Shown piece by piece: positions 52,101 through 64,000 of a stretch of DNA of 64,000 nt. The stretch comes from Phoronis australis (lineage: Eukaryota > Animalia > Phoronida). The position numbers and the translations under genes are program-made. The DNA lies in the NCBI GenBank assembly GCA_002633005.1, contig NMRA01000029.1, positions 291,707 through 355,706 of the forward strand, read 5' to 3'. Positions within the stretch are counted from its first letter, which is position 1; every line of letters starts with the position of its first letter. A model generated the notes under the pieces. That model had not been told where the DNA came from. It did no database searches and worked only from the letters and a program-made list of their open reading frames with translations.

Positions 52101-55100
52101 ATGTCTGTGGTAAAACTAGAGACAATCTTGCCTGATAAGGACAGCTATAAAATTTCCACCACAAATTTGGACAATTGTGGTCCCCGTCAATTATCCGATT
52201 GTAACCACCCACTATTGTTCCCAAGTGTCCCAGTGGTCTCAAATTCTCATCCCTGCTTCACAAAGTAGAGACTAAATTGACCTGGAATTATTTGTCTAGT
52301 AACTAACTGCCTGACTATACTTAACAATGCATCAGTTATTGCCCCCTTTCCTTTTTGGTAAATGCTGGTTATTCATTTATTACTGGTGGTTAGTGCTTTA
52401 AAATAATATAGCAACACTAAAGTACAAACACTAAATTTTTTTTGGCACTAACTGTAAAATGCTCATAATTTTTCAATTTGTTTCAAAGCCTGACAAGATG
52501 CCAGTAACAAATCACATTTCTAAACATGAGTTGTATTGATTAAGATTCAGTGACGTAGAGAATGAAATTCTCGCCTTAACAGTAATGTGGCAGGTCACGG
52601 AATTGCACGGTTCTGTTTCGATTGATCAAGTATCGTAGAAATTCTGATACAAGCAGAACAACAAGGTACTGACTTCAACTTCAGTTCGGGATCGATGGTG
52701 CTAGTAATGATGTAAACAAATAAACGCAGGATTTTAATTGGGTCATTTCTATCTAGGAATGAAATTTATAGTCCTAGATTCTGTTGAACTCAAAGATAAT
52801 GTCATTGTTTACAGCCAGTGGTTCAAATTTAGAGTTAGTTCTCAAAAATAGCACAACTGAACACCTGCCAGAGCAGTATTTTTAGAAAACATTATGTTGC
52901 AAAATTTACATGGACTGAGTTGTTTGTGGTCAGTCCAATGATGAATTTACACTCAGGGCTTAAAGAAGCTTCTTGCTGGGTTTTTCACAATTACTGAGCA
53001 ATCCATTAACAATTTGTCTCATAAACAAGTTATTAAAGCAGCGTTAACTTCCAATCAGTGAGGGTATCTCTGCAGTTGGCCACTGTCTACCAGCGTTGTT
53101 GGAATGTTTTTTGTTTTAGTCATGGCCAGCTATTGCTGTGGCACCAGTATATGTTTGTGTGAGTCATGACGTATGACAGCCACTTGAAACAGCGTGTTTT
53201 GGTGTCCACATAAACTATGGACTGTGCAATGAATAAGTGCTCCATAGCATGAAATCTATTTACCTAGCGTGTCTGCGAGGCTGCCAACTTCTCCAGCTAA
53301 TCTACTCAGCCTGCTTATTAAACTCTTCCCCAATTAATAAATAATTTATGATACGAGGAGACCCTGGGAACGAATGGTTTTGTTCTTGACCCGATTTCTG
53401 GTGATACATGACCATTTAAGTGATCATCATGGATTGTTGTGGGTGATTCAAACTGCTGAGCATTGGGGAATCTGGTGAAAATATTTGATTTCACTGGTTG
53501 GACTATTGCAAGATCAGCAAGTGCAACTTTGTTCAGTTCCTGTGTGGTGGTCAACTGAGTTCTTCCAAGATAAACCCATCCAAATGGGACATAGTAAAAA
53601 TTTCTTATCTCGTCCTATTCAAATATTGATCAAGATGATGTCATCCCCAGGGTGTCGTTTTGTTTGATTCCCAGATATTTAAATTCACTAGTGAAAACTG
53701 GTCAATAGGTTTTTCTTAGGATTCCATGATAGCGTCTCTCCGTGGGTGAATTGAATTGGACTGTCCACTCGGTCAGCAGGTTGTATTGTGTAAAGGACTT
53801 ATCTGGAGGGTTCAAGTGGCATGGTCTAGTAGTAAACAAGTCCAGTGCTAGTGAATTTCTTATTCAATGTTATGTAAGTTAGCCTGAGATTCTGTGAAAT
53901 ATACAAACACCATGTTTTGGTGAACTGGAACCAACTTGTGTGGCGCAAAAGGCACATAAAGGGCACGGCGATGACTTCTATAATGAAGCTGTAAAATTTT
54001 TGGTATTTGGCAATTTTGTTGTTGTTTTCGATCAAAACATAAATGATACCGTGCGTATAAAGGGACTTTCATCATACAGGTTTGTAGCGAGATGGAGTTG
54101 TTTTGTTTTAATCTCCTCTGCATGTTGGTGTGTGAAAGTCTGTGTTAGTTCTTCTGTGTATTCATGGACTTGTTTGTTATTTCACTATTATGGAGACATT
54201 ATTGTTGCAAGTGTCAGCCTCTCCTTTCAAGCTACCTGCTCTGTTTTGCTACCCTGTGTCACTTGTCTGGACACGACTGCCTGCCATCCAATCACAGGCC
54301 AGCAATGACACTTTTGACCTTTACTGACCAATCAGATACCAGATGAGCCATTTGTGACCTGTACACAGGTCACTGAGGTTAGGTAACACCTCTGCTACTT
54401 GACAATCACATGTTGACCACTGATTTCATGTGCAAGTATACAGTGATGATTATCTTCAGCCCTATACAAATATCCAGCTTTCATAGTATTAACCTTTCCC
54501 AGCTTGTTTTGAAAAGACACCCTGGCAAGGGAATTCCGACACCTTGGTGGCCCCATTGAGATTATGTGTACATAGAAACCCCATCACGTAATAACACTGA
54601 GAGGTTTTACCTGGATTTGATTCTTAGAATCCCGCAGATAAATTACACGGGTACATATATTCAGTTTCACCCATTCGTGAACAATGGGGTAATTGAATTC
54701 CGTGTTAAGTTTGCTGTGGGAAGTACTCAAAATCAATTTTCTGAGAAAACATTGCCACATTATAATGGAACTGTATTTGTGTACTCTCTGTTTCAGGTGC
54801 TCTTTAACAATGAAATGAAAATTAATTTATACTTTGTAGTTTAAGGTATGACTTCTACTAATCCCAGACAGACACCCATTCCACACAAGCTTTTTTTTTA
54901 AAAACTCATAGTGTAGCAATTATCTTGTGGAAACATGATAGGAAAAAAATAGGCCTCGTGTGCGTATTAGTGGTTTCAGATGTCACTGTTGTACAAAAGG
55001 GTTTGTTATCTGTAGTCTGTTGTAGAACTGTCCTCCAAAGCAGTCTGTTGTGTGCGCCTACGCCTTTCTGACGAATTTCGCCGCCTAGCAGGGGGTACTG

Positions 55101-58100
55101 TTTGACAAGCCATTATCAAGTGCTCTCTAAACTGTAAACAAGCTTTTAAAGTTTCAAGAAAGATACACACCGGTGTTTGAAATTTTCAAAAAGAGGTTGT
55201 TTTTCCTCTGAAATAAAATCAACAAGCTGCATGAATAACGTGTGGTCAAAGTAGAAAACAAACTTGCTTCAGATTAGAATTTAATGTTGATATCAAATTC
55301 TCAGCTAATATCACTAGTTCTCCTTGAAAGCAAAGTTGTTGTTACTCAAGTAAACACAGATTGCACTGTGCTTTGAAATTTATTTTGCCAGTCTCAACAA
55401 ACTGTCCATATTCATCGCTGAACTTCAGTGAGAAACGTGCAACAGCCAAACTTGCCTTTGGTATTTATTTACATTAATTCTCTTCTCCCTGGGAAGCCAT
55501 CTTGCTTAGCTACACACTATTATGTAATAATCAAGTTGTTTACCATCAAGAAGGACCAAAGTAAGGTGGAGATTAAGACTTGTTATTGCAACTGTAATTA
55601 ACATAATTAGATATCTGGCCAAATTTATCTCAAAGATTGCCTCTTGCCAAATCGATCACCATGGGTTCTCCTCGCATGACTGGTAGAGATTTCTCAGATT
55701 TGCAAATTTTCTTTCCCCTGGGGGAACTCCCCAAGAGAATATGATGGTTATTATCTTCCCCCTTCAGGCTCTCCCCCCTCCCTTATCATGATGTTTTCTA
55801 CTGAAATGTCTGTCTACTGAAGTTTCAGTTGAATAATGTGCCATTGTGCTCTTGACAGTATTTTCTATCTACAACAACATATACTTAGAAACTCACAGAA
55901 CAACACCCCCACTAATCCAACCAGAGGTGCAAATGGCCCATATTTCCAGGTAAACGTGCCATTTAGGGTAATTAGGAAATTTTCCGTGTATAACTCTTTG
56001 GGAGTTTTGAAATCACAAAAGCCTTTTTCACTTTACCTTATTGCCAAGACAGGCGGAGTTGACGGGGACAAAACGCAATTTCCTTCATGCACATGCATTT
56101 TTTGACATGGGACGATTTTGTGTGAACGGTTTGAATATCCCACTGCACAACAATGGCCATATGAAGGCATAATGTTTGCAACGAATTTATGAAAAACGCT
56201 GGAATATATCTCATTGCATTTAATCCATACTAGAAAGCAGAGCGTTGTCTGCCAACTACTCTATCGCCATCTAGTGACAAAATGTAATTCATCATGTCAC
56301 TACTCCATCAAAAAATGGCAAATTTCCTGGAAGATGTCCTTTTCCATTTTGGGTCTTTTCCCATGTGGCAGCTGGCCAAGGGGAGCTGGTTGCTTCGACA
56401 CTGTCCAGGTACCAGATGTTATGTTTGAAAACTGGGCCCTGGTTGACCACAAAAGTGCAGCGCCTGAGAACCCCAGTGAAAGGCCCCTTGTTTGGGTGAA
56501 TAAGCGACCTCTGTTTGACTGGGCCTGCCTGGTGTGTTCATACTTACAGAGCCCATTATGGCACAGCACATACATTAAGATTGTACAATACACAATGGTC
56601 TCTGACACACTGTTTGCTGTGTATTCTGTAAGAAGTGTATATTGCAGTCCATTAGGCTCCATGGCATCAACCCAGTGTGGGGGATTGCATGAAGTCCAAT
56701 GAATAATGCCGACGTGGCAGATTCCGAAGCCCATTTGTGAAATATTTTTGTTTCCCCGTTTTTACACCTTTGAGATGGTAAGGTAGATAGGCGGGTAAAG
56801 TCTGTTGTTTATTTTTTTTTAATTCGGTCTGGTAGACACTTGCTCTTTTTGTTGCACTAATATCCAGTTGTTAAAATTGAAACAAATTTGTTTCAGGTCA
56901 CAAATAAAATGTTATTGAGCATCGCTTATAACTGTTTGACCTATGTGCCTGCACATGAAAGTGACTCAGCCAGGATTATTATGCTTGTCTGTGTTGAATG
57001 AGTCTCATACATTGGTGTCACACCCCAGATGCTGGTATATGGGTATCTCAAGCTGACACTGATTACTATGTCAGCACATCGCTGACATTTTTTTACATAA
57101 ATCACCATGCCTGCTTTAATTTTCTTGGAAGCAATTAAGTTTCTAAAAAAGTAAGTACATTCTGTTCTCCGCTACCACCATATGTGTTATTGTTGTTGAA
57201 CCCCACGATTCATTGATTTTTATCTGCACATATTAGTAAATTAAATTATGCCAATAATACTACAGTTATAACTAAATCATTCCTTGAATGTTGCTATCAC
57301 TGTTACGGCAAATTCATGCTTTTATTTTCGCCCTATTTCCCAGACACATACAAGCCCTTGTGTCCAAACATTTCCCAGTTGGCGGTGAGTCTCTTCAATA
57401 TGCTGATTTAGGCCCAGGGCTAGTCACCATTGTTCGCCATTCAAAGCCCCGTGTGGTGTTGGAACCCGCAACAAACATACACCTGCCTAAGTCAGGATTT
57501 AGAGTGGGATCAGTCCCTTTGTCTCCAGGGCGTCTTCTTTGAATTAGTCTGTCGACCCTTTCTGCAACATTTAAGCCAATAATCACCCTTTCCTCTTGAT
57601 CTCTGGTGTCTTTTGTCATGCCTTGTGGCTAATTCCATCAATGTAAGCCCTTCTACAAGGCAGAGTTGTTTACAATACCATAATGCAGGGTCTGTTTTTC
57701 CCAAAATTCTGTTTGTGCCCTGGATATTGATAATCATATCATTGTAACGTAATTATTCATCACCATGGAAAAAAGATTTCGAAATTATGTAAAAATTGAG
57801 TTCGTTTCGCCATGAGCCTTTTCATGTTTCTGATGTTAAATTTAGCACCATGGTAACCATTGTGGCGGACAAGGTTCCTTTTTCTCATTGACGTGTTCCT
57901 GACACGGCTAACTGCGGTTATTCATTCATTCTGCTCCTGGGCTTAGTAACTCCGCTCATTTGGCGAGCTGTCAAGCGAGTTTTTTGTGATTCCATCATGT
58001 GCGATTATTTTAAATCATGAGTATTAGTCTTCATGTGGTTGCATTGATTGTATCAATTTGACCAATAGCTGAAGTCGAACCTTTGCTGAAGTCATGCCCA

Positions 58101-61100
58101 AATCGTGCGCAACCAAATAATATTAGCTGTCGTTAATTAGCTCTTGACAAGCTGCAAACTCACCTCCATCTTTCTTCCATCTTACATAAAGTGTTAATGA
58201 AACTCAATGGCCAGCGGGAGAAACAGTCTATTTTCAAACCATAAATCAGCAGGAACATGTATTTGCAATGATTAGGAAACTGGTATGTTGTCGGGTTGCA
58301 TTTTTGTCATGGTTCGCATGTCGGTTGTGGCATTTCAGTTAAGGTCTGTGCTTTTTCCAGGTGTTCATTCATTGGATCGGATGTTTATCGTTAGGTCTGC
58401 GATTGGCTGGAATTTATGTTGCGGGGAATGGCAAAAATTAACTATGGCACAGGTTTCTGGTATTTGCTCAGCAGATCCAAACACTTTTAAAGCCTACTTG
58501 GTTGTATTGTTGTTGTTGAAAAGTTTTTGTAGTTAGGAGCAAAATCGCAAAAAAATCCATGAACAAACCCCCAATGTCTGACATTTTCCCACCAGCTCAC
58601 AGTTTGTTAGAAAGTTAGCTCCATGACTTGGTAGACATGCAGTGGTTGTGTGGGCCCCCAGTTAAAATTTTCATTACACAATCTAATGCAAACATTCCTA
58701 TTATCTAAATTATGTATGGGTATATTAACTGAATCAGAGTCCTGCCTTAACTGAACCTTGAGAGAAATTAGGTTTATATAAGTTGACATAGTTACCTAAC
58801 AGGTCATTTTTAAATTGCTGTCTAGCCAATCCCTCCATGTGCTACCAATGGTTGTTTACGAGAAATGTCTGCTGGTCCAGCCTTTTGTTAAGGGGTGGCA
58901 TCTTTACATAAGAGATTTTAAACCAGGGTCTTGGTATCACATGACAGGCAAACACAAATGTGTCAACAGGTGACTGGCAATGCTAAAAGTTATAGCTAAG
59001 CTGGAAGTTTATGAAAAAGAGTGATTTTTTGTGAATAATCCTGTGGTTTATGTGGATTGAAGGTCATATTCCTTATTAATAAATTTGTTTTGAACTACAA
59101 AATGAAACATACCTGCTCAATTATACATTGTTATTTTATGCTTTGTCCTTTTTTCATCTGTCCGCTGTTTTGTATGTGGTTGAGTGAGTGACCGAGAGAG
59201 TTTTTTTTACTTGTTTTGTAACGTTATGGTTCATTTTGTCTTGCAGTGTTTGAGAACAAGGACAAAATCATTCTAGTCATGGAATACGCCTGCGGGGGAG
59301 AGCTGTATGACTACATCAGCGAAAAGACGCGGTTGGAGGAAAAAGAAGCACGCAAAATCTTCCGACAGATCGTCTCGGCCGTTCATCATTGTCACACGGT
59401 GAGTGAAGTTGTATGTTACAAGGGAGGCGATTCTTAGAAGCACTGGGAAGTTTTTACTTCTGCGTGTCCCAGTCAACTTCAATTGTGGTAGTTGAGCGTG
59501 AAATATATTGACGGCATAAAGGTGTCATTTTGTTATTGTATCGGGTGACTCACTCACCGCAAATTACCAGTTGGATGTGCAGGACCGTCAAACTGGGTTG
59601 TTTTGCTCACATGACATAAAAGAGGTGATCTTTGGGCAACAATTTAAAAAAACGGTGTGGATTATTATTTCATAATGGTGTATCTGCTGGCTCCACCCAT
59701 AGCGACATTTATCTTTTTCAAACCTGACCTCTTTTTGTGTCATAAAATCTTCACTTGAAGGTATTATCAGTATACCTGAAGTGTCCTGTTATACGTCTCC
59801 CGTTAAAAACAGGGGCTTATTGGTCAATTTATTCGAAAATTACAACAATGAATGCTCAGCGAGGGAGAAAACAGCCCCAGAGGGCGATGAACTTTTTTGA
59901 ACTGTCAGGATGTTTTTATTGTAGCTCTTTTGACAGTAAAACAACTTGGTCTGATTGCGATTCAGAAACTCTCTTCTTTTATTTCTTCTGGGAGACATGT
60001 TGTAATGAGCACAATTAATTGTATTAATCTTCTTGGACCTTATTTTTTATGTTTGTGCCTTAAAAGGAAGCAGCAGACAAAGTAGCAGACACAAGTGCTT
60101 GATGTCTGCTGTCTGCTTTCTTCCCAATCCATGTAAGCTTATCTCAGTTTGATGAGAGTTTATTCTTTCTCTGTCCCAGCCTTTCTGTCTCCATGTTTGA
60201 AGTCCTGTGTGTATTTTATCGAATTATTGCTTGTTTTGAAAAGATAATGACATGGGTGGAGTCACGCTAAGTTCAATGTTGAGAATATAGCCATTTTGAT
60301 GTTTTATAACAGGCATGGCTCAATAGTCTATTACAATATTGTAAATTGTTTTAGCTACAATTTCCTTTGTGCCTTTTACTATGAAAACATCTTTACTCTG
60401 TGCCCTGAGTGTGTAAAAACATCACTGACTTACATCTCTACAGAAGCAGACATCAATCGCAACAGAAGCAGATCTGGGGACACTGACATTTCAAGTTGTC
60501 TGCCAGTAGCTGTTTTTACAGGAAACACTGAGAAATGCCAGTAATTTGTTGATGAGGGGTCAATAGACTTCTTGAATAACATCTATTTATTTGGTTTCTT
60601 CAGAATGGTGTTGTCCACAGAGATCTCAAGCTGGAAAATATTCTACTTGATGAAAACGGCGATGTAAAGGTGGGTATTTGGTAGTTGACTCTACAGTCAA
60701 ATAAATATGCAATGATGTGGAGAAACCAGTAGATTACAAACAGTACATCTCTGTTATACTAAGTTTTTATCCAAAATATGCAGTATGTTGTCCTTTTTAC
60801 TTTATTCTGGAACGTACTTGTCTTTTCGAATATCTATCATAACTTATCTTTTGTCCCCATGCAGATCGCTGATTTCGGCCTTTCCAACATGTGGAGTGAC
60901 GCCAACCACTTGACGACTTTCTGCGGCAGCCCACTCTACGCTTCACCGGAGATCGTCAACGGTGTGCCCTACCACGGGCCCGAGGTCGACTGTTGGAGCC
61001 TGGGGGTACTCCTCTACACTCTTGTCTACGGAGCCATGCCTTTCGACGGCAGCGACTTCCGCCGGCTACGAAAACAGATCTCTGAAGGCGATTACTATGA

Positions 61101-63176
61101 GCCTGGTCAGCCATCAGGTAAGTTGAAGCTCTGTGTAATTTAGAGTGTAAACACTAACAATTTATGGTAATTCTTAAGTTCACTTGCAAAAGTAACCGCG
61201 AAAATTGTCAATTTTCAAGTTCAATGTAAGGCTGACGTCTGTTCAGTGCAGGGGATGTTTATGAAAAGTAAAGTTTTAGTGTTTATATTTCTTGAGAAAT
61301 TTGGACGCAAAAATCCTTGGCTCAACTGTGAAGATTTTGTCATAATTATGTAACAGTTACTCGTAATAACTAAGTAAGTGAGGGTTGGCTGTAATCAAGT
61401 CAAAATCTTAATTTCTTTAACGCTGCTGTTTGGATTGGGCTGAATTGGTTTTGTTTTTGTGAAGGTTTTGTTTTTGTGACGTTTCGCTAAATGTTTTGAA
61501 TACCGCTTGGAAAACACTTTTCCAACACAGCACATATTATCGTCCTCAGTAGGCTAGACCCTCTTGTATTTCCACCCAATTTTGTAGTGTTTTTACTTGG
61601 CGACACCTGATAGTTACTGGTAATTACAGTCTAACCTTTAGTTGGCTGTTAACACCAGTTTTGTTTGGATTAATTGAAATCGCAGTCGGCCTAGCTGGAG
61701 ATTTCCGGTGGAGCAGCCTAAACTGCCGGTTCAGCCGGCAGCCTGATTGGGCCATTAGCCTTGCGGTCATTCTCTACTGGATCTTATGTCAGTGAGCAGT
61801 GTTCATCGCATTCCTTGGCAATTATCGTTGGATATTCTGTACCACTGACCTCTCCAGGTCGATCAGCCACTGTGTTGAGCATACCCAGAAGACATATGTA
61901 AGCAGATCTGCATCAGCTATATTGCTAAGGACACCCCTAGGTCATATTTTGCCTTGGCTGATGGCCTGGTCATGCTTGTGTGTGAATTTGATATTTTGTT
62001 GTGGTAAGGATTGAATTTGAACTTTAACAATTTTCTATTTCAGAATGCTCAAGCCTGATCCGCCATCTTCTCACAGTCTCGCCCAAGTCACGTGCCACGC
62101 TCAAGGACATTTGCAATCACTGGTGGACGAATTTGCACCATCAGAGTTCACCAATCGAATCGCCAATCCATGTTGACTCCGCCTTCGAGGAGGATCAGTT
62201 TGACGGACAGCACTTCACATTTGGCTCCGATTCAGATTTGGAACCGGGCCAAAAGACACCAGTCTCTGCTGCCAAGCGTGAGAACCGAACGAGTGATTTC
62301 TATGAGGACGAAATCGTCGCAGCACAATTGGCCATTAGTGCCGCCCTGGCCAAATGCAATATCTCTAGCAACAGGACAGTTGTGCCCTCTAGTGGCGACC
62401 AATTGAAGGACTCTACTGGCAGCAATAATCATCACTGGTCTACTCAGGAGGCTGCGCAGCCTTGTAGTAAGGCGAGTGACAAAATATTTGACTCTGAAAA
62501 GAAACCTAAAAAGAGCATATTGAAAAATAAAGGACGCTACTCTGGCGGTGACAGCGGCTGCGTTCTGTCGTCAAAAGTCCGAGCTGAAGCGCAGCTTGAT
62601 GACGACAGCACGTATTGTTTGAGTGACATTGAGAAAATTCTCAACCCGTCATCGCCATCTGAGCAGCAGAGGCGAGATTCTGGTGTGGAGTCTTCGTCGT
62701 CGGATCCGAGCACACCCATTGGTGATCTCAGCACAGCGGTGTGTGAGGCTGCGGCAAATACTGCAGTTGTGAAACGACGTGGCATACTGAAGAAAAATAG
62801 CCGATACGAAAATAGCCGATACTCTACGGACAGTGACTTGGTGTCGAAACGCTACAGCATCGGCAGCCTGAGCTCAAACTCGTCCGGTGATATTTTAGAC
62901 TTTTCCTACAATTCTAGCGATGGAGAGCAATACATGGGGGAAGCGAGGTATTATTTGCCGCCTGAACAACAGCATGTCTACTACAACGATTGTGCAAAGC
63001 AATGCTATAGCGTCAATGTCTTCGGCGACAGTCGAGACAAGATCGCAAGCAAAATCGACATGTTAGACCATAGTTTAGACTCAACACCCAAACAAAGTTA
63101 CGATGGTCTAGCTTACACCTTTGATCAGCGTGAGGGAAAATGCGTATTCGAAAAAGCTCTAAAGCTGTGCCAGTGA
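45987..63176 (+). CDS. NUAK1: NUAK family SNF1-like (AMPK-related) Ser/Thr kinase, full spliced gene (6 coding exons, 624 aa from first ATG)
   Basis: Exons 45987-46136, 50362-50482, 59247-59398, 60604-60669, 60865-61117 and 62044-63176 join in frame (1875 nt). NUAK-typical [11 protein letters not shown] before GQGTYGKV, plus [27 protein letters not shown], and SILK/GILK motifs in the tail. The true start may be the ATG at 46002. Confidence 0.95.
50362..50482 (+). CDS. NUAK1: NUAK coding exon 2 (VAIK lysine, alphaC helix)
   Basis: Acceptor ctatttcag; [40 protein letters not shown]; donor G|GTAAGT; 121 nt. Confidence 0.96.
59247..59398 (+). CDS. NUAK1: NUAK coding exon 3 (hinge region)
   Basis: Acceptor gtcttgcag; [24 protein letters not shown]...[13 protein letters not shown]; donor GTGAGT; 152 nt. 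Confidence 0.96.
60604..60669 (+). CDS. NUAK1: NUAK coding exon 4 (catalytic loop [22 protein letters not shown])
   Basis: Acceptor tttcttcag, donor AAG|GTGGGT, 66 nt. Translated by hand (below the ORF-track threshold). Confidence 0.96.
60865..61117 (+). CDS. NUAK1: NUAK coding exon 5 (DFG, activation loop, subdomains VIII-X)
   Basis: Acceptor ccccatgcag; IADFGLSN...[47 protein letters not shown]; donor G|GTAAGT. Confidence 0.97.
62044..63176 (+). CDS. NUAK1: NUAK last coding exon (kinase C-lobe end + low-complexity regulatory tail)
   Basis: Acceptor ctatttcag. (E)[27 protein letters not shown] continues in frame into the 347-aa ORF; contains SILK, GILK and DSGVES. Confidence 0.93.
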
Positions 63177-63867
63177 CGTTATTGTAATTGCTTTGGTTTC
63201 GACTCCAGGTGTCCTTCTTTTTTGATTAGTCTCATTTTCAAAACTTTCGACTGAGTTAATCCTTGAAGAACACTTGGGGTGCTTGTTTGTTCACGCATGT
63301 TAATCGTTCATGTAAAACTTGATTTTTTCTCTCCAAGGACGAGTCTTCCAGATTCTAGAATTGTAGGAAGATTAACAGCTGTCACATGATCGTGTCAGCA
63401 TTTTCGCATTCCAACAAAATCTGGTTTCCTGACCAGGGTGCTACATTCAAAATGGCTTCCAGGTATATTTGAAATGCCATTGATAGGAAAGATATTATTT
63501 TTGTATTACTGTAAACCGATGATTGTGAAATCAAAATGATTCGCAAAAAATGCCAAAGACTCGAGTGTCATATTAGCTCTCTGTGAAGCAATATCTCTAT
63601 AGCGATGGTTTATGTCTTTAGTGTGTGAGTGGGATTTTGCAAGACACTTCCCATATTGTTAGGTGGCTAATGTCACACTTTTAGAATGAGAGTAGAAAGT
63701 GGAATTTTTAGGTTTTAGTACTCTGTTGCATACCAACGTGGAGAAGTTGACGCGCTTCCATATTTGGAATGCGCAATGTTATGGTTGGCCATTTGGGCCA
63801 TGCAAAGGTAGTCAGAAATCAAGATTTCAAACGCATTGCTCTAGTCATTTAAGTATTTGAGTTGTAG

Positions 63868-63952
63868 GTCACTTAGTGTGACTTGTACGTCACTTAGTGT
63901 GACTTGTGTACGTCACTTAGTGTGACTTGTGTATGTCACTTAGTGTGACTTG
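63868..63952. repeat. Minisatellite of 4 palindromic units GTCACTTAGTGTGACTTG (period 21-23) downstream of the NUAK stop
   Basis: Copies start at 63868, 63889, 63912 and 63935. Confidence 0.92.
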
Positions 63953-64000
63953 TAGTGGATTCTTTGTAGGTAACTCATGCTAAAGTAAATTGACACTTTT

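Noticed and set aside
56214-56734. Overlapping 162-aa (+) and 144-aa (-) ORFs in NUAK intron 2
   Set aside because: No domain similarity, non-ATG or weak starts, and NUAK exons 2 and 3 already join seamlessly.
60069-60118. Hairpin AGCAGACA...TGTCTGCT as a pre-miRNA
   Set aside because: The stem is short and built from a repeated GCAGAC motif, with a tiny loop; too weak without small-RNA data.
63868-63952. Palindromic direct repeats resembling a CRISPR array
   Set aside because: No unique spacers (linkers are 3-5 nt and near-identical), no cas genes, eukaryotic context.
1-64000. tRNA, rRNA, snRNA genes or prokaryotic-type systems
   Set aside because: None recognisable by eye. Intronic snoRNAs or miRNAs cannot be excluded without a covariance-model search.

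Overview
This is AT-rich, intron-rich eukaryotic DNA, most likely from an invertebrate bilaterian (inference; species not determinable here). It holds two complete multi-exon genes arranged head-to-head, with 909 bp between their first ATGs. On the minus strand is a WASP/N-WASP actin nucleation-promoting factor: 10 coding exons, CDS 45077->970, 1488 nt, 495 aa, with WH1, basic, CRIB/GBD, polyproline, two WH2, C and acidic regions, and a 34.2-kb first intron. On the plus strand is a NUAK-family AMPK-related kinase: 6 coding exons, CDS 45987->63176, 1875 nt, 624 aa from the first ATG. All exon boundaries were read by eye as GT-AG junctions and join in frame. The introns carry several non-autonomous DNA transposons/MITEs, decayed THAP-, hAT- and possibly Penelope-like remnants, microsatellites and short tandem duplications. 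I found no new multi-gene system, RNA gene or CRISPR array. The best leads are the divergent promoter linking two actomyosin regulators, candidate in-frame alternative exons in WASP intron 4, two uORFs in the NUAK leader, PP1-docking and beta-TrCP degron motifs in the NUAK tail, and a DR4+ER6 nuclear-receptor element cluster in NUAK intron 2.
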